This document shows positions 1-9,682 of a stretch of 60,525 nucleotides of DNA, in pieces. The stretch is from an uncultured virus (IMG/VR IMGVR_UViG_3300012347_000246) (lineage: Duplodnaviria > Heunggongvirae > Uroviricota > Caudoviricetes), in IMG/VR virus record IMGVR_UViG_3300012347_000246; one strand, written 5' to 3'. The notes under the pieces are model-generated. The model was given only the letters and a program-made list of their open reading frames with translations. It did no database searches and was not told where the DNA came from. A program made the translations under genes and the position numbers. Every line of letters starts with the position of its first letter. The first letter of the stretch is position 1.

Positions 1-3000
1 ATCGGTTGTAACACTAGTTGTAGTAAGTGTTCCGGTATACAAATTGCCCGAGATACCGGCCCCACCAGTTACACGCAATGCACCAGTTGTTGTGCTAGTT
101 GCTGCGGTACCTTGAGTTAAACTAAAATACCCGCCATTACTTGCATCGCCATGGAAACGAGCAACTTCTTGTGAATCTGCAAAGCCACCGGTTGCAATAA
201 CAATATCGTTATAAGTTCCAGCTTCGCTAGTTGCCAAGACTAAGTTTCCACCAAATCCACTTTGAGGTCTAACAAATACATAGCCGTCATTCGGCTTAGT
301 AATCTCATAATTTGGATCGTTAAAGGCACTACCGGTCATGCCCATGTCTGCCCAGCCACCAGTGTCAGTCCCGTTGTCGCCGTATGCAGAGAAGTCTGCA
401 GATCCAGTGCTGCTAGTGTTAAGCATGTACATCTGTGCAAAATCACCAACAGAGTTAACGGCTGCAATTGAAGAATTTACCAGTGCGGTAGATAACGATG
501 CTGCACCTACGTTTAGTGTTCCACCAACATAAGTGTTTCCACCAAATGCTGCACCACCATTTGGAACTGTTAATGCAGCATTAGTAGGACTAATCAATTG
601 TGTTGACGAGTCAATAACTACATTGCCAGTGGTAATTGCTGTTTGTGCAAATAACTCTGTGAAGTGTGCATGTGACGGGTTGGCTTGCCCAATTGTGGTG
701 CTGTCTAAACTACCGCCAGTGATTACTGCGTTAGCAGAACTAAAATTAGTTGCTGTAAAATAATCAGCTTGTCCAGTGATGCCAGTGACACTGCCACCAA
801 TGATTTGGGCACTATTAGTAAAAAAGTTTAACGAACTTAAATTTGTTAACCCTGTAATACTACCACTAGATATTTGTGCATTTGCTGCACTCACTGTCGC
901 TGCCGAGATGTAGGTTACATTGCTTATGAAGCCACCTGTAATGAGTACATTCGGCGAAATTAAGTTAGAAGCAAAAGTAGAAAACGATGTTATAACCACG
1001 TTTGCAATATTGCCGCCGTGAATGTTTGCACTAACCGCAGTTAACTCTCCTACACCAAGTACTTGTGCATTACCAGTTATGTTATGCACTGAGCCGCCAG
1101 TGATCAACACATTACTAGAAATAAAATTCGTAATGTCGAATGTTGAAGCTGATCCTGTGATTCCGTTTACAGTGCCACTAGTTATACTTGCGGTACCACT
1201 AAACGTTCCACTGAATGTAGTAGCATTAATAGTATTAGTGCTAGGATTAAAATTAATACCTGGAGTGATATACGCCGCACTATTACCTGTTGTAGAACGA
1301 TCAGTGAAACTTGGGTAATATACACTGTTGTTTGTAGTCGCAGTGTAGTTTTCATATAAGGCTACGTTACCAGTGGATGCTGTACCAGATAGCGTACCAA
1401 CAATGTTTCCGGAACTAAAATTGGTTGCTGTCAAGTATGATGCAGCGCCAGTAAACCCTGTAATGCTGCCGCCGGTAATTTGAGCATTGCCGGTTGAGAA
1501 ATTAGTAGCTGTTAAATAAGATGCATCCCCGGTAATACCAGTTACGCTACCGCCAGTAATCTGTGCGTTACCAGTTGAGAAGTTTGTTGCAACCAGCGTA
1601 CTTGCAGCACCAGTAAAGTTTGTGATACTGCCGCCAGTGGCTTGTAAGTTACTGGTTGTAAATTGACCAATTACTTGTTTGTTAAAATTCCAGCTATCAG
1701 TAGCATTGGTATACAACAACGTTGCATTGGCGCCATCAACAGTAAGTCCAGCACCGTTAGCTGCTGCTCCATTTACTGCACCTTTGGCTACTGTGATGTT
1801 TAAATCAGTTACATCTAATGTTGCAGAGTTGATTGCTGTTGTTGTGCCTTGTACTGTTAAGTTACCAGTAACAACAATGTTTTCACCAACATACAAGTTA
1901 CCACCGATACCAGCTCCGCCAGTTACTACCAACGCACCAGATGCCGATGTTGTTGCAGCATCACTGCCTGTTACTCGGCCTAATGTAGTTGATAATGTAC
2001 CAGATGCTGGGTTAAAAGTTAACGAAGTATTTGTGTACGCTGCACTATTGCTGCTAGTGCCATTGTCCGTGAAACTCGGATAGAAGGTTGCATTGGTTGA
2101 GGTTGATGTATAACTTTCGTACAATGCTACGTTACCAGTAGACGCTGTACCAGTTAAAATACCAACAATGTTACCTGAACTAAAGTTAGTTGCAGTGAAT
2201 GTACTTGCTTGACCAGTAATGCCTGTTACACTACCACCGGTGATAACTGCGTTACCAGTTGAGAAGTTTGTTGTTTGTACATAGCCAATGCCCTGTACAT
2301 TGCCACCAGTAATCTGTGCGTTACCAGTTGAGAAGTTTGTTGCAACTAATGTAGTTGCTGCACCAGTAATCCCAGTCAGACTGCCGCCTGTTACTTGAGC
2401 ATTAGCAGTTGAGAAGTTATCTACTTCGAATGTAGTTGCAGTACCAGTAATGCCCGTTACACTACCACCAGTGATTTGAGCATTGGCAGTTGAGAAGTTA
2501 TCTACTTCGAATGTGGTTGCTGCACCTGTGATGCCTGTTACGCTACCACCAGTGATCTGAGCATTGGCAGTTGAGAAGTTTGTGGTTGTAAAGGTGCTTG
2601 CTTGGCCAGTAATACCAGTGACACTGCCACCAGTGATAACTGCGTTGCCTGTGCTTAAATTTGTTGCTTGTAGGTATTGGATACCTTGTACGTTACCACC
2701 AGAGATCTGTGCATTGCCTGAGCTAAAGTTAGTTGCAACCAAAGTAGTTGCAGCAAGGGTTACTCCAGTTACACTACCACCAGTGATTTGTGCGTTACCG
2801 GTTGCAAGGTTAGTGACCAATGAATATGGCGCCACTAAGTTACCGTAGAAATCTGTCGCAGTTACGTTGCCACTTGCACCAATGCCGCCAACTACAGTTA
2901 GTGCGCCTGTTGACGTTGAAGTAGAAGATACACCAGGGTGCGACATTGTGGCAACCACGTGCTCGATGTTTCCACCACCGCTTACAAATCGAATAAATCG

Positions 3001-4155
3001 TTGATCGGTAGTTGTGCCAACAATTAGGTTACCGCCGTTGTTAGCAGAACCATTTGCTTGTGTGTAAAGGTATGCATCGTTTGGGCCTGTTGCAGTACCT
3101 AGACTGTTATTTGGACTCAATGGATCAAAGTTTGAACTGTTGATTCCGAGGTCAACATAGAATGTTGTATCTGTTCCGTTGTTGGCCGTTGCAACATAGT
3201 CAGTGGTTGCATCACCGCCTGCGTTGATGTTCTGTGTGTTGATCTGAGAATACCCGTTGTAGTTTTCAGAGAACTGTGCAACTACCTGCGGAAGTATTGT
3301 GTAACCAATTGGGATACCTGCATATAATGCATTGAATCCGGTGATAGTATTACCAACAAAGAATGCAGAGTTAGCAGTAGTAATGTTACCTGTAACAACA
3401 AACAAATTGCCGTTAATACTTAGGTTACCACCAATACTTGCGTTACCAATTGTGTCAGACTCGCCTGCTGTTACTGTAGTGAAAATACCAACCGACGGTG
3501 TAGTAGACCCAATCGGTGTTGCATTAATTGCGCCACCATTGATTCTAGCATTAGCAGTGCTAAAATTAGTTGTTTGTAGGTATTCAACACCTTGTACGTT
3601 GCCCCCAGTAATTTGTGCATTACCAGAAGAGAAATTTGTTACTACTGCTGTACTTAAATCGGCAGTACCTGTGTGGAATCCTGATAGCTCTGCTGCTGTA
3701 ATTTTACCAGATAAGGTTGCTGCTATTGCAGTTAAATTCCCAATTCTAATATTTGCAAAGCCGCTATTGTTTAGGTTTGTAATACCTGCACCGGTGTCGG
3801 TTGTGGTAATCGCAATAAACGCATTTTCAGCTTCGCTCCATACCCACGCAGTGTTTACGTTACCGTACCCGCTTAGTGCAGACAAGTTACGGTTTACTAA
3901 CATACCAATGTCATAATTTGACAAGTTGCCAGCATATCCATTGTTATACACAATCAATGGATCGTTAACATAAGTGTTAGTAGAACTTACAGTTGTAGAA
4001 ACACCTGTAATTGTTAAGTTACCGACAATACTTAAATTAGAATTTAATGTTAAATTCTCGTTAAAGTTACTTCCGACCAGCGTTCCAGGTGCAATCTTTG
4101 TGTATGTGATTGTTGAATCTGTGATCTGATTATTCTTAATTCTGGTTACGGCCAT
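1..4155 (-). CDS. Large repeat-rich tail fibre/virion protein, partial (runs off the window, >1385 aa)
   Basis: Missing from the ORF track because no stop lies in the window. ATG at 4155 (MAVTRIKNNQITDSTITYTKIAPG) has a GGAG RBS and TAAATA upstream. The same frame is still coding at base 1 (..GAGISGNLYTGTLTTTSVTTD). Contains many NFSTGNAQITGG repeats. Confidence 0.85.
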   Translation of the reverse strand, partial: MAVTRIKNNQITDSTITYTKIAPGTLVGSNFNENLTLNSNLSIVGNLTITGVSTTVSSTNTYVNDPLIVYNNGYAGNLSNYDIGMLVNRNLSALSGYGNVNTAWVWSEAENAFIAITTTDTGAGITNLNNSGFANIRIGNLTAIAATLSGKITAAELSGFHTGTADLSTAVVTNFSSGNAQITGGNVQGVEYLQTTNFSTANARINGGAINATPIGSTTPSVGIFTTVTAGESDTIGNASIGGNLSINGNLFVVTGNITTANSAFFVGNTITGFNALYAGIPIGYTILPQVVAQFSENYNGYSQINTQNINAGGDATTDYVATANNGTDTTFYVDLGINSSNFDPLSPNNSLGTATGPNDAYLYTQANGSANNGGNLIVGTTTDQRFIRFVSGGGNIEHVVATMSHPGVSSTSTSTGALTVVGGIGASGNVTATDFYGNLVAPYSLVTNLATGNAQITGGSVTGVTLAATTLVATNFSSGNAQISGGNVQGIQYLQATNLSTGNAVITGGSVTGITGQASTFTTTNFSTANAQITGGSVTGITGAATTFEVDNFSTANAQITGGSVTGITGTATTFEVDNFSTANAQVTGGSLTGITGAATTLVATNFSTGNAQITGGNVQGIGYVQTTNFSTGNAVITGGSVTGITGQASTFTATNFSSGNIVGILTGTASTGNVALYESYTSTSTNATFYPSFTDNGTSSNSAAYTNTSLTFNPASGTLSTTLGRVTGSDAATTSASGALVVTGGAGIGGNLYVGENIVVTGNLTVQGTTTAINSATLDVTDLNITVAKGAVNGAAANGAGLTVDGANATLLYTNATDSWNFNKQVIGQFTTSNLQATGGSITNFTGAASTLVATNFSTGNAQITGGSVTGITGDASYLTATNFSTGNAQITGGSITGFTGAASYLTATNFSSGNIVGTLSGTASTGNVALYENYTATTNNSVYYPSFTDRSTTGNSAAYITPGINFNPSTNTINATTFSGTFSGTASITSGTVNGITGSASTFDITNFISSNVLITGGSVHNITGNAQVLGVGELTAVSANIHGGNIANVVITSFSTFASNLISPNVLITGGFISNVTYISAATVSAANAQISSGSITGLTNLSSLNFFTNSAQIIGGSVTGITGQADYFTATNFSSANAVITGGSLDSTTIGQANPSHAHFTELFAQTAITTGNVVIDSSTQLISPTNAALTVPNGGAAFGGNTYVGGTLNVGAASLSTALVNSSIAAVNSVGDFAQMYMLNTSSTGSADFSAYGDNGTDTGGWADMGMTGSAFNDPNYEITKPNDGYVFVRPQSGFGGNLVLATSEAGTYNDIVIATGGFADSQEVARFHGDASNGGYFSLTQGTAATSTTTGALRVTGGAGISGNLYTGTLTTTSVTTD
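2190..2810 (-). repeat. Coding tandem repeat, ~81 nt (27 aa) unit NFSTANAQITGGSVTGITGxATTFxxx
   Basis: GCAGTTGAGAAGTT recurs at 2405, 2486 and 2567 (81-nt period). Degenerate and shorter copies flank these and recur at ~640-1050, ~1420-1660 and ~3540-3650. Confidence 0.9.
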
Positions 4156-4198
4156 CGCCAAAGCTCCAATACTAACATATTTAGCCAAAATGATACCC

Positions 4199-4214
4199 TT
4201 GCCCATTTGGGCAA
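4199..4214 (-). terminator. Hairpin after the 4234..6462 gene, possible terminator
   Basis: TTGCCC-ATTT-GGGCAA inverted repeat just downstream of the stop; weak U-tract. Confidence 0.45.
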
Positions 4215-4233
4215 AGGTTCAGTAATATTGGGA

Positions 4234-6462
4234 TTAATAACCGCCAGTTAAAGGACTGCGTTTCCAAGTGTTAGGTGCTGTACAAACATATAGATAGTTT
4301 GCATCCCAACAAATTTGGCCAGGTGTACCAGTGGCGTTAGACGCTTTGGTTGTTTGTGGAGCACTCAAAATACCAGACAATGTTAAGTTGCCTTGTATTG
4401 TTAAGTCGTTTGATACTACACCACTAAAAGACGTTACCCCGCCCAAGTAACGAATGTTAATTGCATCAGTTACTAACGGAATTTCAGCGAACGTAATCTG
4501 ACCTGCGGTAACTGTATATGCTCCACTTTGTTGTACAGTACCGTTAATCGTTACCAACAATGATTCAATACTTGCATCGTGTGTTAGAACGTAAGTGTCG
4601 TTAACACCGTCACCATTGAAGGATTGACTTGTAACTTTGTTAGTTACAGGAATCCAGCTTGTGCCGTCGTAATATTCCACAGATAGCGTGTCTGTGTTGT
4701 AACGAATATACCCTGCTACTCCAGCGGGTCTGTTGTAGCTGTCACCAATTGGAAGTTTAACTGCTTGGTCCGACGAGAAAATAGCAACGCTGTTACTTGG
4801 TACAGTAATAGTTAAGTTACCATTGATTCCAGTAATGTTGTTTGTGTGAACGTCACCGTAGAATGTACTGTTTACGTTCCCGGCTGTTACGTTGCCAGTG
4901 ACTGCTAGACTAGTTAACGTGCCTACACTTGTAATGTTTGGCTGTGCTGCGGTAGTTAGTGTACCTTCTACTGTTGTAAATGATGCAGTAGTTCCGCTAA
5001 TGTTACCCGTAACTGTGCCAATTACGTTTCCGTTAAACTGTGTTCCAATTACGTTGCTTGCATATACGTTACCTGTGACTGCCAGGTTACCTGTGCCAGT
5101 TAAGTTTAACACTGGTGTGTTATTAACTGATACACCCAATAGTGTGCTGTTGTTGCTGGTAGACGTGTCACCCAAGAACAGAGCTTGAGTTGTTGCACCT
5201 TGTTGGTTAGTGACAATAACTGCGGTGTTGTACTGAGTAGTAAACCCGTAGCTGTCATTAACAAATCCAAGTACACCGGCTTGCAATAGGTCAGCGTTTA
5301 AACCAAATGCAACGTATCCAGTAGATGTAACATTTGACGAAAATAAACCTGTGCCCCCAACAATGTTACCATGCAACATACCGTTAAGGTGCGTTGCAGC
5401 AACGTTCCCATTAACTACCAATCCAGTTAATGTACCAACGCTGGTAATATTTGGTTGTGCAGAAGTTTGTAATGTACCGTTTACTGTTGTGAAATCGCCA
5501 ATAGTACCAATAATGTTATTAGTATTGACGTTTCCAGAAAAATTACCAGTGGCCCCAACGATGTTGCCACTAAATTGTGTGCCTGCTACGTTGCCTGCTG
5601 TTACATTACCAGTAACTACTAACTCAGTGAGTGTGCCTAAGCTAGTGACGTTTGGTTGTGCTGCTGTTTGTAGAGTACCTGTTACATTTGTAAAAGAACC
5701 ACTAGTACCAGTGCTGTTACCAAATTGGTCACCATAGAATGAGCTGTTTACATTACCCGCAGTTACGTTTCCTGTAACTGCCAAACTGTTTAGTGTGCCC
5801 AAGGAAGTTACATTGGGTTGAGAAGCGGTTAATAATGTGCCAGTAACGCTAGTAAAAGACGCCGTAGTGCCTAGTATATTACCATTAATGTCACCATAGA
5901 AGCGACTATTTACATTGCCAGCAGTAACGTTACCGGCAACGTGTATTAGAGTGCCATTGCTATCAGTAATATTTCCCAATAGGCTGTTTAAGCTAGCAAT
6001 GCCATCAGTGACTGATGTAGTAGAAGAGAATGTTAATGCATTACTAGTCGAACCTGCTGTCGCAGAGCCCATAACAAACGCATTACCGTAGAATCCTTGG
6101 GTGTTGCTTAAAGTTGCAAAGTTTTGCCACGATAACGCACCGGAACCATTTGTGCTAACAACGTAACCTGCAGACCCGCCATCAATGTTTAAATTTCCAA
6201 TGTTATAACTAACATTACCAATGATGTTAATTGATTCCCCATTTTTTGTAGAGATACTATTACCACTAATAACAATGTTGCTAGTACTTAGATTACCATC
6301 TATAGTTAGTGTCTGTGGAGTTACGTTTGTGTTGATACCTACACGGAACTGACTAAAGTTCATGTAGTATAAAGGCTGGCCACTGGTGGTAAACTGAAGA
6401 TCAGTACCTTGTCTGTCCAAGTTGGACACAAGCATTGAGCCCGAAATTCTACCAATAGCCAT
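4234..6462 (-). CDS. Virion structural/fibre protein with beta-helix-like repeats
   Basis: 742-aa ORF with four VTGTLxTAxQPNVTSxGTL repeats, GNVTAGNV repeats, a GYIRYNTD..VEYYDG.SW motif and an F.GDG...Y.L domain. GGAG RBS and TAAATA upstream. Confidence 0.75.
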   Translation of the reverse strand: MAIGRISGSMLVSNLDRQGTDLQFTTSGQPLYYMNFSQFRVGINTNVTPQTLTIDGNLSTSNIVISGNSISTKNGESINIIGNVSYNIGNLNIDGGSAGYVVSTNGSGALSWQNFATLSNTQGFYGNAFVMGSATAGSTSNALTFSSTTSVTDGIASLNSLLGNITDSNGTLIHVAGNVTAGNVNSRFYGDINGNILGTTASFTSVTGTLLTASQPNVTSLGTLNSLAVTGNVTAGNVNSSFYGDQFGNSTGTSGSFTNVTGTLQTAAQPNVTSLGTLTELVVTGNVTAGNVAGTQFSGNIVGATGNFSGNVNTNNIIGTIGDFTTVNGTLQTSAQPNITSVGTLTGLVVNGNVAATHLNGMLHGNIVGGTGLFSSNVTSTGYVAFGLNADLLQAGVLGFVNDSYGFTTQYNTAVIVTNQQGATTQALFLGDTSTSNNSTLLGVSVNNTPVLNLTGTGNLAVTGNVYASNVIGTQFNGNVIGTVTGNISGTTASFTTVEGTLTTAAQPNITSVGTLTSLAVTGNVTAGNVNSTFYGDVHTNNITGINGNLTITVPSNSVAIFSSDQAVKLPIGDSYNRPAGVAGYIRYNTDTLSVEYYDGTSWIPVTNKVTSQSFNGDGVNDTYVLTHDASIESLLVTINGTVQQSGAYTVTAGQITFAEIPLVTDAINIRYLGGVTSFSGVVSNDLTIQGNLTLSGILSAPQTTKASNATGTPGQICWDANYLYVCTAPNTWKRSPLTGGY

Positions 6463-6493
6463 TTAACTCTCCGTTTCTATATTTAGCAGATTT

Positions 6494-6922
6494 TTAGGCT
6501 GCGTCAGTTGAGTTAATATTGTGAACTACGATAATCTTGTTTGGGTTACCGCTTGCATCAACTGCTGGTGGAGCACTTGTAAATGATAGCTGTGTGCCAG
6601 ATACTGTGTAGTTGTTAACTGGTGCTTGATATACACCGCTAATTGTAACTAACACATTCTTTGCATCGCTTTCACTCTGACTCATTGTAAAGTTCACTGT
6701 GCTGTTGTCGCCAGTGAATTCATCAATAGTTAATGCAACAGATCCAATTTTAGCAACCTGATTCCATTGACTGTTGTAGTAAAACTCAATCTTGTTGTTT
6801 GATTGGTTATAACGAATTTGACCATTAATCGGGGCATCTGGCCCCAAGCTGTTTGTACCCAATGGTAATTGCACTGCATAACTGCCTGTGCGAATTTGTG
6901 CATTTTTAAGAAAGCGGGCCAT
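6494..6922 (-). CDS. Small virion structural protein
   Basis: 142 aa; GQIRYNQSNNKIEFY and FTGDNSTVNFTM..VLVTISGVYQ modules are shared with the C-terminus of 4234..6462. Confidence 0.7.
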   Translation of the reverse strand: MARFLKNAQIRTGSYAVQLPLGTNSLGPDAPINGQIRYNQSNNKIEFYYNSQWNQVAKIGSVALTIDEFTGDNSTVNFTMSQSESDAKNVLVTISGVYQAPVNNYTVSGTQLSFTSAPPAVDASGNPNKIIVVHNINSTDAA

Positions 6923-6925
6923 GTA

Positions 6926-7234
6926 TTACGCTCCAGTTGAGCTAACTGTAATAACTACTGCGCCGTTAACGCTGCAATTAGCCCACAAGCTGTCGCCGCT
7001 ATCTAGTACAATACGTTCTGTATCGGAAATATGTGTATCTCCGGCAGCAATAGACAAATTGCTATAAATTGGACACAAGTCCGGTGTCCCGCCAGTGGGC
7101 ACAAGGTAAACATTGGCTGTTACTGCTGACCCAGTGGTATTGCACAGGTACATTGCTGTAATACCTTTAGTGACTGAGCTAGTACCTGAGATGATATTTG
7201 CGTTGGTTGTGGTTAATGGAGTGCTGGTAATCAT
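6926..7234 (-). CDS. Small phage structural/hypothetical protein
   Basis: 102-aa beta-rich ORF with an AGGA RBS, tightly packed in the operon. Confidence 0.65.
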   Translation of the reverse strand: MITSTPLTTTNANIISGTSSVTKGITAMYLCNTTGSAVTANVYLVPTGGTPDLCPIYSNLSIAAGDTHISDTERIVLDSGDSLWANCSVNGAVVITVSSTGA

Positions 7235-7243
7235 TTTTAATCC

Positions 7244-7861
7244 TTACATCATCAAAGAGTAAAACACTGCTTTACTTTTTGTGATTAATTCTTGTTGTTG
7301 TTTGGCTGTGTTAGTAACAAATAAACCGCTACCGCCACCGTTTGGGGTTTGTGCATACACTGTGTTGTATCCACTTAACGTACTTGGAGCCACTGTTGTA
7401 TTTTTGACTGCAAGGTTAGTGTCAAATTTAACAACTTGGTTGTTGGAACTAAAAATAGTCTGACTTAATACATCTAAGTTTCCGCCTAACTGCGGTGCAG
7501 GATCTTGCTGTACACCTTCAATACCTTTTACACCAGTAACAATGGGCATATAAACAGATCCGTCTGTGGTTAGTTCCCAACGCACCAACGATTCGTTCCA
7601 GCGTAATGCTGTTTTAGCTAATTGACCACGATCAACTTCTATACCCGAGTAAACTGGTGTAACGCCAAACCCAGTTTCGCCTTGGTTTAAAGTAATAGTG
7701 TTGTCAGTGATTTGCGTATTTGTTGACGAAATATTAGACACTGTACCAAGTACTTTTAAATTACCTGTAACAATGAGGGTGTGCGAAACTACCTGCACGT
7801 TACTAGTTGTTTCGTGGCCAATAATGTTCCAAGTTCCGTTAAACCGTGTATTTAATGACAT
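7244..7861 (-). CDS. Virion structural protein
   Basis: 205 aa; GNLKVLG..DNTITLN.GE.G.GV...SGIEVDRG and DPAPQLGGNLDV motifs typical of large-phage fibre proteins. TAAATA upstream. Confidence 0.7.
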   Translation of the reverse strand: MSLNTRFNGTWNIIGHETTSNVQVVSHTLIVTGNLKVLGTVSNISSTNTQITDNTITLNQGETGFGVTPVYSGIEVDRGQLAKTALRWNESLVRWELTTDGSVYMPIVTGVKGIEGVQQDPAPQLGGNLDVLSQTIFSSNNQVVKFDTNLAVKNTTVAPSTLSGYNTVYAQTPNGGGSGLFVTNTAKQQQELITKSKAVFYSLMM

Positions 7862-7912
7862 TTATAAAATCCGTTATTAGATATTTATCTTAGATACAAA
7901 ACTGTATCTCTC

Positions 7913-7942
7913 AAAAAAATAGCGCCCGAAGGCGCTATTTTT
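7913..7942 (-). terminator. Rho-independent terminator with cUUCGg loop
   Basis: On the - strand: AAAAATAGCGCC-TTCG-GGCGCTATTTTTTT, just after the 7956..8624 stop. Confidence 0.9.
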
Positions 7943-7955
7943 ATTCCAGTTTGGA

Positions 7956-8624
7956 TTAGTTGTTACTAATAGACACAGTTACAGGAACTGTTGCATTGCT
8001 TGCTGTTGCAAAAGCAGGCTTGCTACCAGAATAATCAGCCCAACGGTAAGAATTACCGTCTGCATCATATACTAAGTTCTCAGTGATTTTAGCAATCGAG
8101 AATGTGCTGTCATCTGCAAAAGTTGCAGTGATAGTCATTTCGCCTGCTGCTGCTGGAGCCGCAGTGGTCACCAATTTGCAATTGCTTGTGCCGTCAGCAT
8201 TGGTTACACGGAATGAGCGTGAGCCAGCTTGCTTAACAATATCTGCTGCTTTACCAACAGATCCGCCAGTTACCCATGCATTCGCATTGATTGCGTTTAA
8301 CACTGCACCACTTGTTAAAGTAGTTGCAAAAGTGTTAGCCGGGGTAGTGTTAGCACCTGTAATAGTAAATGTCGGAGCAGATGTATATCCAGAGCCAGCA
8401 CTTGTAATTGTAATACCGGCTACGTTACCAATTGTAACGTTACCAATAATTACTGTACCGGTAGCAGTAGAACCACCTGCAACTTGTGGTGCACCAAATG
8501 TTACCACAGCGTTTGCAAAGTATCCTTCGCCTTGAGTACCTACTGTAGCTGTTGCTACGCCTTCACCACCAACTCCGTCAGTGTTAAATGAACCGAAAAA
8601 TGTCTTTTTTAATGGACGTCCCAT
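7956..8624 (-). CDS. Virion structural protein (possible head/neck decoration)
   Basis: 222 aa starting MGRPLKK; ITITSAGSGYTSAPTFTITG module; strong AAGGAG RBS; own late promoter and terminator. Confidence 0.7.
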   Translation of the reverse strand: MGRPLKKTFFGSFNTDGVGGEGVATATVGTQGEGYFANAVVTFGAPQVAGGSTATGTVIIGNVTIGNVAGITITSAGSGYTSAPTFTITGANTTPANTFATTLTSGAVLNAINANAWVTGGSVGKAADIVKQAGSRSFRVTNADGTSNCKLVTTAAPAAAGEMTITATFADDSTFSIAKITENLVYDADGNSYRWADYSGSKPAFATASNATVPVTVSISNN

Positions 8625-8716
8625 GTTGTTTCTCCTTAATGTATTTGGCGTTCTAGGCCTACGCAGTTGGGTAACTGCATAAACTCTCAGTTAAGAGTGA
8701 ACATTATATTTATTTA
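8625..8716 (-). promoter_or_regulatory. Late promoter (TAAATAAATA) with structured 5' leader
   Basis: TAAATA at 8707-8716, followed by hairpins ACTCT/AGAGT and TATGCAGTT/AACTGCGTA, then AAGGAG. Confidence 0.6.
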
Positions 8717-9591
8717 GGTTTAACCTTTTCACCTTTAATAAGAGCAACAAAATGACTCCAAAATGGATTATTAGTAATATGTACCCCGTGGTTTACAATT
8801 TTTCTATCTGGATGAAGCAGTGGAGTGACTTCATGAAGTTTAGTCCAATGTACACCTGGCTTGTGATGATGCTCTTGGTGTAGTCCTGCATTAAATCCAA
8901 AAATGTTGTACCATTTGCTGTATATACCGATACTGTCTTGTGTAGTATCGCCTCGGTTATTAAGAGCGCCCCAATGTTCACCGTAGCTGTTTGCATTATT
9001 AACAAAGAAAGCCAGTGCGTATACTAGTGCAGTCCATAACCCAAACCAAGGATTAATTGCAACCACTGACAATATGTAAAGTCTAAATGCCCACAACTCT
9101 CTGTTATATCTTTTATTAAACTCATCAATTTGAATACGTCGAGGAGACGCAATAAAGAAGTTCTTGATTTGGAAAAATACTGTCATTCTAAAACAGTAGA
9201 CCCAAAAATTTACCAGCTCACCATCTCTGCGGCCCCGATAAACACTAACTGGATCTTTTGTTGCACCAGTGTGATCGGGTTTATCGTTAACATATCTATG
9301 GTGTAACAAGTGAGTATTTTTCCATGCGTTTTGCGGAATGCCTGTTACTGCACTCAAAAATAATTCATAAATTCTGTTTAACGATGAATTCTTAAACGTA
9401 GTCCAGTGGGTGTGGTGATGTAATGAACTATTCTGACAGTTTACAATAAACCAAATTTGGAAAAAACTTATAACTAAGATCCAACTAAATGCCGGAGTCC
9501 AAATTGCTAATGTGTAAGGAAGGCAAAATAAAAAGACTGCATATAAGATAAGGTATATGTCTTTTGGTGAATAACGGAATATTGATTGCAT
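8710..9591 (-). CDS. Membrane fatty-acid desaturase family protein (auxiliary metabolic gene)
   Basis: Three His boxes (HHHTH, HLLHH, HQEHH) with hydrophobic transmembrane segments. ATG at 9591 preferred over the track start at 9624, which overlaps the terminator. Confidence 0.85.
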   Translation of the reverse strand: MQSIFRYSPKDIYLILYAVFLFCLPYTLAIWTPAFSWILVISFFQIWFIVNCQNSSLHHHTHWTTFKNSSLNRIYELFLSAVTGIPQNAWKNTHLLHHRYVNDKPDHTGATKDPVSVYRGRRDGELVNFWVYCFRMTVFFQIKNFFIASPRRIQIDEFNKRYNRELWAFRLYILSVVAINPWFGLWTALVYALAFFVNNANSYGEHWGALNNRGDTTQDSIGIYSKWYNIFGFNAGLHQEHHHKPGVHWTKLHEVTPLLHPDRKIVNHGVHITNNPFWSHFVALIKGEKVKPK

Positions 9592-9622
9592 AGTGTATTT
9601 ACTAGTAAAATTTTTAATCAAC

Positions 9623-9675
9623 AAAAAAGCCCCAATTAAGGGGCTTTTTGAGTAACAGCATCTTGCGATGCTGTT
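9623..9675 (-). terminator. Double hairpin/terminator after the major capsid gene
   Basis: AACAGCATC-GCAA-GATGCTGTT (9654-9675), then AAAAAGCCCC-TTAATT-GGGGCTTTTTT (9623-9649). Confidence 0.85.
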
Positions 9676-9682
9676 GTGTGGA

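Noticed and set aside
2190..2810. Regularly spaced repeats as a CRISPR array
   Set aside because: The units are in-frame 81-nt coding repeats with synonymous variation and no unique spacers; no cas genes are present.
262..5737. Many + strand ORFs (65-194 aa) rich in V/P/L/T
   Set aside because: Antisense shadows of the long repeat-rich - strand genes, with no RBS or motifs. The same applies to the short opposite-strand and alternate-frame ORFs elsewhere in the track.
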